A stretch of DNA of 10,411 nucleotides from Candidatus Eiseniibacteriota bacterium (GCA_031366795.1 JANLOX010000248.1:1-10411); one strand, 5' to 3'. Positions 1-7,294 are shown, counted from the first letter of the stretch. Notes: generated by a model not told the origin, from the letters alone. Numbers and translations: made by a program.

Positions 1-102
1 CGCGTGACGGTGTACTTCCGCGAGGAAGGCGGCAAGTCCATCGCCCACAAGGTGGTGGTCAAGCCTGCACGGTCGGGCACGAAGAACAAGGCCCAGGGAT
101 AG
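1..102 (+). CDS. 3' end of a hypothetical protein (partial; possibly a small beta-rich/OB-fold-like domain)
   Basis: Frame 1 is open from base 1 to TAG at 100-102 and reads RVTVYFREEGGKSIAHKVVVKPARSGTKNKAQG. Third positions are mostly G/C and a strong hairpin follows. The fold assignment is a guess. Confidence 0.7.
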   Translation, partial: RVTVYFREEGGKSIAHKVVVKPARSGTKNKAQG

Positions 103-134
103 GGCGGCTAAGGACGCAGGGATCACTCGTTGAA

Positions 135-165
135 CGGGCGCCGGGTCGATGCGATCCGGCGCCCG
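135..165. terminator. GC-rich hairpin between convergent genes, candidate bidirectional terminator
   Basis: CGGGCGCCGGGTCG-ATG-CGATCCGGCGCCCG forms a 14-bp stem with one G-U pair, between stops at 102 (+) and 172 (-). There is no clear poly-U tail. Confidence 0.6.
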
Positions 166-171
166 GCGCGT

Positions 172-471
172 TCAGCCCCGCGCGATCGCGTAGATGATCA
201 GCGCGAGCATGACGCTGATGGGCACCGCGGCCCAGCGCAGCAGCATCCAGCGGTATTCGCTGCGGGCATCTTCATCCAGGTAGAACATTCCTGCGTTCAC
301 CTCGCGGATCACGCGGGCGCGCAGCAACGAATCCAACACACGGGAGCCCGTTAGCCCCAGCGTTTCCAACGACCGCGCGCGCTCCGGAGCCACGGCGTTG
401 CCCGCGCGGAACTGAGCGTAGATTTCCCGGCGCAATTGATGGACGCGTTGTGCTCCTGCCACGGGAATCAC
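172..471 (-). CDS. Hypothetical 99-aa protein with C-terminal transmembrane helix
   Basis: GGGAGG SD lies 6 nt before GTG at 471 (MIPVAGAQRV...). The C-terminus is hydrophobic (WAAVPISVMLALIIYAIA). It is co-oriented with, and 47 nt downstream of, the RHH gene. Confidence 0.75.
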   Translation of the reverse strand: MIPVAGAQRVHQLRREIYAQFRAGNAVAPERARSLETLGLTGSRVLDSLLRARVIREVNAGMFYLDEDARSEYRWMLLRWAAVPISVMLALIIYAIARG

Positions 472-518
472 TCGATGCCTCCCTCGCACGAACGGCGTGG
501 CCTGTCGCCGACCCTTGG

Positions 519-728
519 CTAGACCGTCGGTTCATCTCCCGATGGGACGCCAGGCGGCGCGCCGGCGGCGGATGCCGCCTGGCGCAACCGGCCCTGCTGT
601 TGCAGTGTCTGCCGCATCACGAACTCAATCTGCGCGTTGAGGCTTCGCAAGTCGTCGGCGGCCCAGCGCTGCATCGCCTCATGGATCACGGGATCGAGCC
701 GCAGCAGGATTGCTTTGCGTTCTGCCAC
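519..728 (-). CDS. Arc-family ribbon-helix-helix DNA-binding protein (69 aa)
   Basis: GTG at 728 is preceded by GGAGGGAG just after the SPFH stop. MAERKAILLRLDPVIHEAMQRWAADDLRSLNAQIEFVMRQ fits the Arc/RHH pattern (LRL strand, RSLN turn). This is the real part of the 519..1232 ORF. Confidence 0.88.
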   Translation of the reverse strand: MAERKAILLRLDPVIHEAMQRWAADDLRSLNAQIEFVMRQTLQQQGRLRQAASAAGAPPGVPSGDEPTV

Positions 729-739
729 GGCTCCCTCCG

Positions 740-1609
740 CTATGTGTACAGCGTGCCTGTGTTGACGACCGGCTGCGTGTGGCTGTTGCTGCACAGCACC
801 ACGAGCAGGTTCGACACCATCGCGGCCTTGCGCTCGGCGTCGAGCTCGACGATGCCCTTCTTCTGTAGTTCCGCGAGCGCCATCTCGACCATGCCCACGG
901 CGCCCTCGACGATCCGCGAACGCGCGGCCACGACCGCGCTCGCCTGCTGGCGCTGCAGCATCGCGCTGGCAATCTCCGGCGCGTAGGCGAGGTGGCTGAT
1001 GCGCGCTTCCAGCACCTCGACGCCCGCTTTCGAGAGCCGGCTCTGGATCTCGATCTTCAACTGCTCGGCGACATCGCCGGTGTGACTGCGCAATGAAATC
1101 TCGCCTTCGACATGCGCGTCGTAGGGATGCGTGGTGGCGAGGTTGCGCAACGCGGCCTCGGTCTGCACCTGGACGAAGTTGCGGTAGTCGTCGACCTCGA
1201 ACAACGCTTCGGCCGTGTCGACCACCCGCCACACCACCACGGCTGCGATCTCGATCGGGTTGCCGGTGAAGTCGTTGACCTTGAGTTTGGCGCTTTCAAA
1301 GTTGCGCACGCGCAGGGAAATCCTGGACCGCGTGGTGAACGGGCTGACCCAGTGAAACCCCGGCGCCCGCGCTGTGCCGAGGTAGTTGCCGAACAGCAGC
1401 ACGGCCTGACCGTCGTTGGGGTTCACCACGAACAGCCCGGCCAGCGACACCGCGGATGCGGCAATGAGCAGCAGCGGCAACCAGAGCATGGCGGGCTGGT
1501 CCGTCCTGGCCAGAGTGATGATGCCCACAACCGAACCGGCCATCACGGCAAGGATCACCAGCAGCACCGCAACGCCGGGCAACGTGGAAGCCTGTTTCTC
1601 GCGCAACAT
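740..1609 (-). CDS. SPFH/band-7 (stomatin/prohibitin-like) membrane protein (289 aa)
   Basis: AGGAGGAGG SD precedes ATG at 1609. Two N-terminal TM helices are followed by LFGNYLGT, KVNDFTGNPIEIAAVVVWRV, RISHLAYAPEIASAMLQRQQA and VSNLLVVLC, all typical of this SPFH subfamily. Confidence 0.95.
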   Translation of the reverse strand: MLREKQASTLPGVAVLLVILAVMAGSVVGIITLARTDQPAMLWLPLLLIAASAVSLAGLFVVNPNDGQAVLLFGNYLGTARAPGFHWVSPFTTRSRISLRVRNFESAKLKVNDFTGNPIEIAAVVVWRVVDTAEALFEVDDYRNFVQVQTEAALRNLATTHPYDAHVEGEISLRSHTGDVAEQLKIEIQSRLSKAGVEVLEARISHLAYAPEIASAMLQRQQASAVVAARSRIVEGAVGMVEMALAELQKKGIVELDAERKAAMVSNLLVVLCSNSHTQPVVNTGTLYT

Positions 1610-1652
1610 GATGTGTTCGCCTCCTCCTGATTTTGGAAATCCTCTCTGTAGC

Positions 1653-1681
1653 GACATCAATAGAATATCTAAGTGATATCA
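1653..1681. promoter_or_regulatory. Putative operator: three GATATC-like boxes at 11-bp period
   Basis: GACATC at 1653, AATATC at 1664 and GATATC at 1675. The last lies within the perfect palindrome TGATATCA (1674-1681). Confidence 0.6.
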
Positions 1682-1690
1682 TCGACGCAA
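1662..1690 (-). promoter_or_regulatory. Sigma70-type promoter of the SPFH-RHH operon
   Basis: The minus strand reads TTGCGT (1690-1685)-N17-TATTCT (1667-1662), inside a markedly AT-rich patch, with an A-tract upstream of the -35. Confidence 0.7.
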
Positions 1691-1780
1691 GAGGTTTTTC
1701 ACTTAACCCCGCTGATCCTCTAACCTGTGGGACGCGGAGTGCTGGGGCCATCAAACGCGGGGCAACTTAATATGCCGCAT

Positions 1781-3793
1781 ATGATTACATCTGCAATTCG
1801 GTGGATTCTCGGAGTTGGCGCAGGCACCCTTGCCGCCCTTTTGTTCCTGCTTGCGCCACTGGCCGCCCCCGCCGGCGCCAAGGCCGCCGCCTCAATGCAC
1901 GCCACGCCGGCGCCCGCAGCCCTGTCCCCCTTCGGCATCGAGCACGCGATCGCGCTACGCGGCTTTGGCGACCTGGCCTGGTCCCCTGACGGCCGCCGGC
2001 TCGCATTCGTCATCGCCGACCCCGACACCTTCGAGAGCACCACCAATTACGACATCTACCTCGCAGACTTCACGGACCACGAAGTGCGACGGCTGACGCG
2101 CAACCCGCGCGGCGATGGCAGCCCATCGTTCTCTCCAGGTGGCGACACGTTGGCCTTCGTCGGCACGCGCCCCGGCGATACGCGGCCTGCGATCTACATG
2201 ATGTCGCTGAAAGGCGGCGAGCCGTGGAGCTTCGGCAGCTACGACGAGGCGATCGGCGAAGTGAAGTGGTCGCCCGATGGCCGCTGGCTCGCGTTCACCA
2301 AGAACGACACTACCCCTAAGCGCGTGGCCGAGTTGCGGCGCGGCCGCCGCGACGGCGTGGTCGAGGACGAGCGGTTGCAGTACGCGCACCTGTGGCTGAT
2401 CGACACGGCCACCGGCGAGCAACGCCGCCTTGTGGGCGGCGCGCACCAGGTGTGGTACCTGCGCTGGTCGCCGGACTCGAAGTCTGTGGCGTTCCTCGTG
2501 AGCCCGAGCGGCAATGTCGACGACGCGAACCTGTCCGACATCGGCGTCGTGCCCGTGAGCGGCGGCCCGATTCGCACCTTGAACACCATGGCTGCCGCGT
2601 TCGAATGGTCGCCCGATTCGCGCTGGATCGCGTGGGCGGCGGGACGCAATCGCGAGACCTATGTCGAGAAGGACGAGCTGTGGGTGTGCGACCGATCAGG
2701 CGGCGAAGCCCGCAGCCTGTCGCAGGATCTCGACGAGAATGCCTCGACGCCTGCATGGAGCACGCACTCCGATTCGCTGTTCTTCTTCGTTGCGCAAGGC
2801 GCGACGACGGTGCTCGCGAGCGTCGCGTTGCGCGGCGGGCCGGTCCACTTATTGACCGATCACCGGGGTGCCGCGAGCCAGCTCACGACCGGTTCCGGTG
2901 GACATGCAGCATGGATCGAGTCCCACCCCGACGCTGCGGACGAGTTGTACTGGGCGCCGCATGCCGCCCTGACGGGGACACGCTTCAGCGAACTCAATGC
3001 CGCGGCCACGCACACCGTGCTCGGCACGACGCGTGTGGTGAGTTGGACCAGCAGCGACGGCATTCGCTGCGAAGGAGTCCTGCTGCGCCCCGCCGTTGCT
3101 GCGCCGCACAGCGCGCTCAAGACGCTCGTCTATCTCCACGGCGGACCGTACGGATTTCGCTCGGACTTAGGTTTCGCGGCGCAACAGCAGGCGCTCGCCT
3201 CGGCGGGCTACCAGGTGTTCATGCCCAACTACCGCGCGAGCGGCGGCTACGGCAGCGCCTTCATGATCCGCCAGCGAGGCGACTGGGGCGGCCAGGACTG
3301 GCGCGACATCACCAGCGGCATCGACAGTCTCGTACACGATGGATTGGCCGACCCCGCGCGGCTCGGCATTGTCGGCGGCTCCTACGGCGGTTACCTCAGC
3401 GCCTGGGCCATCACCCAGACGCAGCGTTTCAAAGCAGCGGTCATGGTGCGCGGTATCTGCGACCTGCCCGCGCTGTGGGGGCAGAGCGACTCCCAACGCT
3501 ACCGCTCGTGGGACTTCGGCGGCCGCCCGTGGGAGGCCTTCGACAGGATGCGGGAGCGCTCGCCGATCGCGCACATCTCCCAGGCGCACACGCCGATGCT
3601 GATCATCGTCGGCGACAACGACGCGCGCACACCGCTGCCCCAGTCGCGCGAACTCTACGAGTCGCTCAAGTCACTCGGAATTCCCGTCGAGTTCGTGCAC
3701 TATCCACGCGAAGGACATGGTCTGCGCGAGCCGCGCCATCGCTCGGACGAATTGCAGCGCACGCAGGCGTGGTTCGACCGCTGGCTCCGGTGA
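1781..3793 (+). CDS. Exported S9-family serine peptidase (dipeptidyl aminopeptidase/acylaminoacyl peptidase-like) with beta-propeller
   Basis: N-terminal signal peptide, repeated WSPD/FSP propeller motifs, LHGGP, NYRASGGYG, nucleophile GGSYGG, Asp in GDNDAR and His in EGHG. The start is ATG at 1781 or 1772. Confidence 0.95.
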   Translation: MITSAIRWILGVGAGTLAALLFLLAPLAAPAGAKAAASMHATPAPAALSPFGIEHAIALRGFGDLAWSPDGRRLAFVIADPDTFESTTNYDIYLADFTDHEVRRLTRNPRGDGSPSFSPGGDTLAFVGTRPGDTRPAIYMMSLKGGEPWSFGSYDEAIGEVKWSPDGRWLAFTKNDTTPKRVAELRRGRRDGVVEDERLQYAHLWLIDTATGEQRRLVGGAHQVWYLRWSPDSKSVAFLVSPSGNVDDANLSDIGVVPVSGGPIRTLNTMAAAFEWSPDSRWIAWAAGRNRETYVEKDELWVCDRSGGEARSLSQDLDENASTPAWSTHSDSLFFFVAQGATTVLASVALRGGPVHLLTDHRGAASQLTTGSGGHAAWIESHPDAADELYWAPHAALTGTRFSELNAAATHTVLGTTRVVSWTSSDGIRCEGVLLRPAVAAPHSALKTLVYLHGGPYGFRSDLGFAAQQQALASAGYQVFMPNYRASGGYGSAFMIRQRGDWGGQDWRDITSGIDSLVHDGLADPARLGIVGGSYGGYLSAWAITQTQRFKAAVMVRGICDLPALWGQSDSQRYRSWDFGGRPWEAFDRMRERSPIAHISQAHTPMLIIVGDNDARTPLPQSRELYESLKSLGIPVEFVHYPREGHGLREPRHRSDELQRTQAWFDRWLR

Positions 3794-3800
3794 GGTGTCC

Positions 3801-4037
3801 GTGCTGAAGCGATTGATGCGAGGGCTGGTTCGCTTAGGGCTACTGCTGCTCTTAGGCGCGGCGGTGTGGAGCATGCGTTTTCGTTTCGACCACATTGTCG
3901 TCGACAGCGAGACCTACCTCGTCCGCGTGAATCGCGTCTCGGGCCATGCCGACATCCTGATTCCCGGCGAGGGCTGGGTCCCGTCCGAAGAGGCATGGGG
4001 CGACTCGATGCCATCGCCTCCGGCGAGCGTGAGTTGA
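3801..4037 (+). CDS. Hypothetical 78-aa protein with N-terminal membrane anchor or signal
   Basis: GAGGTG overlapping the peptidase stop precedes GTG at 3801. A basic N-terminus is followed by LGLLLLLGAAVW. The ORF exactly fills the gap and its TGA overlaps the next start. Confidence 0.75.
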   Translation: MLKRLMRGLVRLGLLLLLGAAVWSMRFRFDHIVVDSETYLVRVNRVSGHADILIPGEGWVPSEEAWGDSMPSPPASVS

Positions 4038-5731
4038 CGCCCTCGCTGCGCGCGCTCGAGACGCTCGAGGCGCTCGCGCATGACTTCGGCGACGGCGTGT
4101 CGCGCCGCAAGCGCGCCCTGCTCGCGCGGCTCGTGCGCCTGAGCCTGCCCTCGCCGGCGGCGGTCGAGCGGCTGCATGAGGTCGCGAGTTTCCTGCTCGC
4201 CTACCCCGATGACGGCGCAGTGCACCGCGCCGCGCTGCGGCTGCTGCGCGGCTTCGGCACGCGACGGGACGTGGCGCGATTCGCCGGAGCGCTGACCAAC
4301 TCAGGCGTGGCGGGCACGCCGATCAGCTTCCGTTTCTTCTCGAAGATGGCGCGCTGGCTCGCTTCGCGCTGGCCCGAGCGCCTCGAGATCGACTGGAGCG
4401 AGTTCGAGGACACGCCGCTGCTCGAGGCGCTGCTGCCGTTGCTGGCGCATCCCGCCGAGTCGCCGGGCCTGGACGAATACGATTTGGGCCTCAAGGGCTG
4501 GCTGGAGCGCATGAAGGGTCCCGATGAATCCGCGGCCTCGTTCCTCGTGCAGGCCGTGGCGTCGTTGCCCGCGTCGTGGCCGCTGCGCGACGTGCTGCAC
4601 GATTGCCTCGACACACCGATGACGCTGCGTTGGGGGCCTGGCGGACCGACACGCACAGCGGTGCTGGCGCCTGCGCGCAAACGGCAGGCCCCTCTGCACC
4701 CGCAGCGCGTACCCCTGTCGCGCGCGCGACCCGACCTGGCGAGCGAGGCCTACCGGCCACCGATCGCGGTGCGCCAGCTCACGCGCAGCGAAGGCGCCGC
4801 CTACGTCGACCTGACGCGCGAGGCAATGGTGACGCGCAAGCGCGACCTCGATGCCTTCGCCAATGCCGACCCGCGCGACGTGCGGCTGGTGGAGTACGAC
4901 GACGGTTTGAGCTTTGCGTGCCTGGGCGTCGCTCCCGGGGACAGGCTACTGCTCGAATCGGTGTATGGGTTCCTGACGCTCAAGAACGGCACCCCGATCG
5001 GCTACGTGCTGACGAGCGCGCTGTTCCAATCGTGCGAGATCGCTTACAACGTGTTCGACACGTTTCGTGGCGCGGAGGCCGCGGTGGTCTATGCGCGCGC
5101 GGTCGCGATGTCGCGCCACCTGTTTGGCGCGGATGCGTTCACGATCTACCCGTACCAATTGGGCGCGGACAATGAAGAGGCGATCACCTCGGGCGCCTGG
5201 TGGTTCTATTACAAGCTCGGCTTCCGCCCCAGGAACCGCGCCGTGAGGCGGGTGCTCACGCGGGAATTGGACCGCATGCAGCGCGACCCCGAGCACCGCT
5301 CGACTCCCGCGACGTTGCGCGCACTCGCGGCCGACAACGTCTACTTTTTCATGAACGGCGAACGCGATGACGTGATCGGCGAGTTGCCGCTCGCCAACCT
5401 CGGCCTGGCGGTCACCGACATGCTCGCGCAACGGTTCGGCTCCGCGCGCCTCGACGCCACGACGGAGCTTGCGAACGAGGCGCGCCACGCGCTGGGAGTC
5501 CGCTCGCTCGCCGGGTGGTCCGCGGACGAACGCGAGGCGTTCGACCGCTGGGCTCCGCTCGTGCTGCTGGTGCCCGGCATCGCGCGCTGGAGCCAGGACG
5601 AGCGCCACGGCGTGGCGCAGGTGATCCGCGCCAAGGGCGGGCGCCACGAGAGCGAATTCGTGCTCCGCTTCGACGCGCACGTGCGCCTGCGCACCGCGTT
5701 ACGCCGCCTCGCGCGCCGGCAGGCGCCCTAG
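4034..5731 (+). CDS. Hypothetical 565-aa protein with GNAT-like acyltransferase signature in the C-terminal half
   Basis: Long ORF with GC-biased third positions. The TTG start at 4034 overlaps the upstream TGA (TTGA). Motifs: KNGTPIGY, NVFDTFRGAEAA, NEEAITSGAWWFYYKLGF. The CDS is well supported; the function is inferred. Confidence 0.8.
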   Translation: MTPSLRALETLEALAHDFGDGVSRRKRALLARLVRLSLPSPAAVERLHEVASFLLAYPDDGAVHRAALRLLRGFGTRRDVARFAGALTNSGVAGTPISFRFFSKMARWLASRWPERLEIDWSEFEDTPLLEALLPLLAHPAESPGLDEYDLGLKGWLERMKGPDESAASFLVQAVASLPASWPLRDVLHDCLDTPMTLRWGPGGPTRTAVLAPARKRQAPLHPQRVPLSRARPDLASEAYRPPIAVRQLTRSEGAAYVDLTREAMVTRKRDLDAFANADPRDVRLVEYDDGLSFACLGVAPGDRLLLESVYGFLTLKNGTPIGYVLTSALFQSCEIAYNVFDTFRGAEAAVVYARAVAMSRHLFGADAFTIYPYQLGADNEEAITSGAWWFYYKLGFRPRNRAVRRVLTRELDRMQRDPEHRSTPATLRALAADNVYFFMNGERDDVIGELPLANLGLAVTDMLAQRFGSARLDATTELANEARHALGVRSLAGWSADEREAFDRWAPLVLLVPGIARWSQDERHGVAQVIRAKGGRHESEFVLRFDAHVRLRTALRRLARRQAP

Positions 5732-5732
5732 C

Positions 5733-5790
5733 ACGCCGGTTCGCTCGCTCACGGGCTTGCGGGCCAGCGTACGGGAGCGGGCCCCGGCGT
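5733..5790 (+). terminator. Long imperfect stem-loop right after the stop codon
   Basis: ACGCCGG (5733-5739) pairs with CCGGCGT (5784-5790), and TTCGCTC (5740-5746) pairs with GAGCGGG (5775-5781) using G-U pairs. No U-tract. Confidence 0.35.
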
Positions 5791-5796
5791 CACGCC

Positions 5797-5824
5797 TCAA
5801 GCCATCGCGTCGCCCTGCCGATAA
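5797..5824 (+). promoter_or_regulatory. Sigma28 (FliA/SigD)-type promoter
   Basis: TCAAG (5797-5801)-N15-GCCGATAA (5817-5824). The -10 octamer is a perfect match. It is intergenic, correctly oriented and 66 nt upstream of the GAF gene start. Confidence 0.7.
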
Positions 5825-5890
5825 TCCCCCGACGGTGCGCCCCGCCGTGCTTGGCTCAATTCACCAGCGCGCGCCCAACAGGAGGCCGGT

Positions 5891-6361
5891 ATGTTGGTTA
5901 ATCGCATCATCGAAGGGCTCGAGGCGCTGCGCGCGCAGGGAGCCGAGTTAGACATGTTGCTGGAATCCGCGGTTCACGGTCTCCACGAACTGGACCCGCG
6001 CTTCCACTGGACGGGCATCTACGAGTTGTTCCCGGATAATATTCTCCGCCTCGGGCCGTTCATCGGCGCACCGACGGAGCATGTGTTCATCGGGGCCGGG
6101 CAAGGCGTGTGCGGCACCGCCGTCGCCGAGCGTCGCAACATCAATGTTCCCGACGTGCGCGAAGCGTCCAACTACCTCGCCTGTAGCAGCGACACGCGAT
6201 CCGAGTTGGTGGTGTTGATCCGCTCGGGCGAAACAATCTGGGCGCAGATCGACATTGACAGCCACGACCTCGCGGCGTTCGACGACGGCGCTGAAGCCGT
6301 GGTGCAACCGATCGCCGACTGGCTGGCGTGCGCCTACCAAGCCAGGGATACGCGGCAGTAG
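5891..6361 (+). CDS. GAF-domain protein, free methionine-R-sulfoxide reductase (fRMsr/MsrC/YebR)-like, two-Cys type
   Basis: AGGAGG SD at 5880-5885. WTGIY, LGPFIG, GQGVCGTA, VPDV, NYLACS, SELVV and IDIDS match the fRMsr family. Confidence 0.85.
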   Translation: MLVNRIIEGLEALRAQGAELDMLLESAVHGLHELDPRFHWTGIYELFPDNILRLGPFIGAPTEHVFIGAGQGVCGTAVAERRNINVPDVREASNYLACSSDTRSELVVLIRSGETIWAQIDIDSHDLAAFDDGAEAVVQPIADWLACAYQARDTRQ

Positions 6362-6388
6362 CCTCCTCCCCTCCACGCCCGGACGACC

Positions 6389-7294
6389 ATGACCGCATCG
6401 ACGCAACACGCGCTCGCCCTGTTCGAGACCCTGATGGAGGCGAAGACTCTCGACGATGCCGTTCAGGGTGCCGTTCGACGCGTGCACGAGGCGCTGCGCG
6501 CGGACACGGTGGGCATCGTGGTGATGATCCACAGTGGCGTGTTTATCGAGAAGTGGTACCCGGAAGAACATCCGCGCTCGCGTGAGCAGGCGCAGACCCT
6601 GCGAGGCCTCGCCTCGCGCGCGGCGCACAGCGGCTCGGCGGCTGTCATGCCGCTGGGCGGCAATGCCCGCCAGCCACTGGTGGCGCAGGCGCTTCACTTG
6701 GGGCTGGGACACCGGTTGCAGGGCGGCATCTGTGTCGTCTCCCCGCACGAACTCGAGCCTGGCGCCGTGGAGTGCCCGCCACTCGACCGGCTGTCGCGGT
6801 TGATCGCGATGCGGCTGAATGACTTGCTCGAGATCGAGGCCGAGCGGCGCAAGAGCGAACAGTTCGAGCGCTGGTTCCGCGTCAGCGACAAGCACATCCG
6901 GGCGCTCGATCTCGAGCGCCAGAAGTTCGCAGCACTCGTCAGCTCGTTCTCGGGCGGCGCCTTCGTGGCGACGCGTGACGGCGTGATCACCTGGCAGAGC
7001 CGCCCATTGCTCGATCGCAGCGGCAGCCTCGGCGATACCTGGGTGGGCAGTGCGTGCCACGAGTTCTGCAAGGCTGTCGGCGGCGGCACTTCACCGGCGT
7101 GCGGGGAATGCCTCGTGCAACGCGTGCTGACGAGCCGTCAGGCGGCGAGCGAGGACATCACGCTGGTGAATGCGGGCGACGAACGCGTGACGCACGCAGT
7201 AGCGGCGCCCATCAACGATCTCGCCGGGCGCGCGCAGGAAGTCATCGTGACGATGCAGGAAGCGTCACCCTCCGTGCGCAGCGAAGCCGCCTAG
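6389..7294 (+). CDS. Soluble sensor-like protein: degenerate GAF-like domain, coiled coil, Cys-rich PAS-like domain, no output domain
   Basis: GAF-like N-terminal helices (LDDAVQGAVRRVHEALRAD), a charged helical linker, then PAS hallmarks (FVATRDGVITW, WVGSACHEF, AAPINDLAGRAQEVIVTMQE) ending just before the stop. Confidence 0.75.
   Translation: MTASTQHALALFETLMEAKTLDDAVQGAVRRVHEALRADTVGIVVMIHSGVFIEKWYPEEHPRSREQAQTLRGLASRAAHSGSAAVMPLGGNARQPLVAQALHLGLGHRLQGGICVVSPHELEPGAVECPPLDRLSRLIAMRLNDLLEIEAERRKSEQFERWFRVSDKHIRALDLERQKFAALVSSFSGGAFVATRDGVITWQSRPLLDRSGSLGDTWVGSACHEFCKAVGGGTSPACGECLVQRVLTSRQAASEDITLVNAGDERVTHAVAAPINDLAGRAQEVIVTMQEASPSVRSEAA

Noticed and set aside
519..728. Toxin-antitoxin interpretation of the RHH gene
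   Set aside because: No adjacent HicA/RelE/PIN-like toxin; the context fits an operon autoregulator.
729..1232. N-terminal extension of the 237-aa ORF, suggesting an SPFH-RHH frameshift fusion
   Set aside because: It overlaps SPFH out of frame with low-complexity sequence. The RHH gene has its own SD and GTG at 728, and I see no slippery site.
1610..1800. AT-rich patch as a possible foreign insertion or ncRNA
   Set aside because: Short and explained by divergent promoters and operator boxes; no terminal repeats or convincing structure.
2392..3807. 471-aa alternative-frame ORF within the peptidase
   Set aside because: Arg/Ala/Gly-rich with no motifs; a typical stop-poor shadow frame in GC-rich DNA.
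3866..4033. N-terminal 56 codons of the 621-aa ORF
   Set aside because: They overlap the 78-aa gene and read as shadow sequence. The TTGA overlap at 4034 is a better start.
6362..6374. CCTCCTCCCCTCC tract (anti-SD-like, or an SD on the minus strand)
   Set aside because: No credible minus-strand gene follows and there is no strong nearby SD for it to sequester.
5948..7060. 370-aa antisense ORF across the GAF and PAS genes
   Set aside because: Antisense shadow of two well-supported genes, with no recognisable domain.
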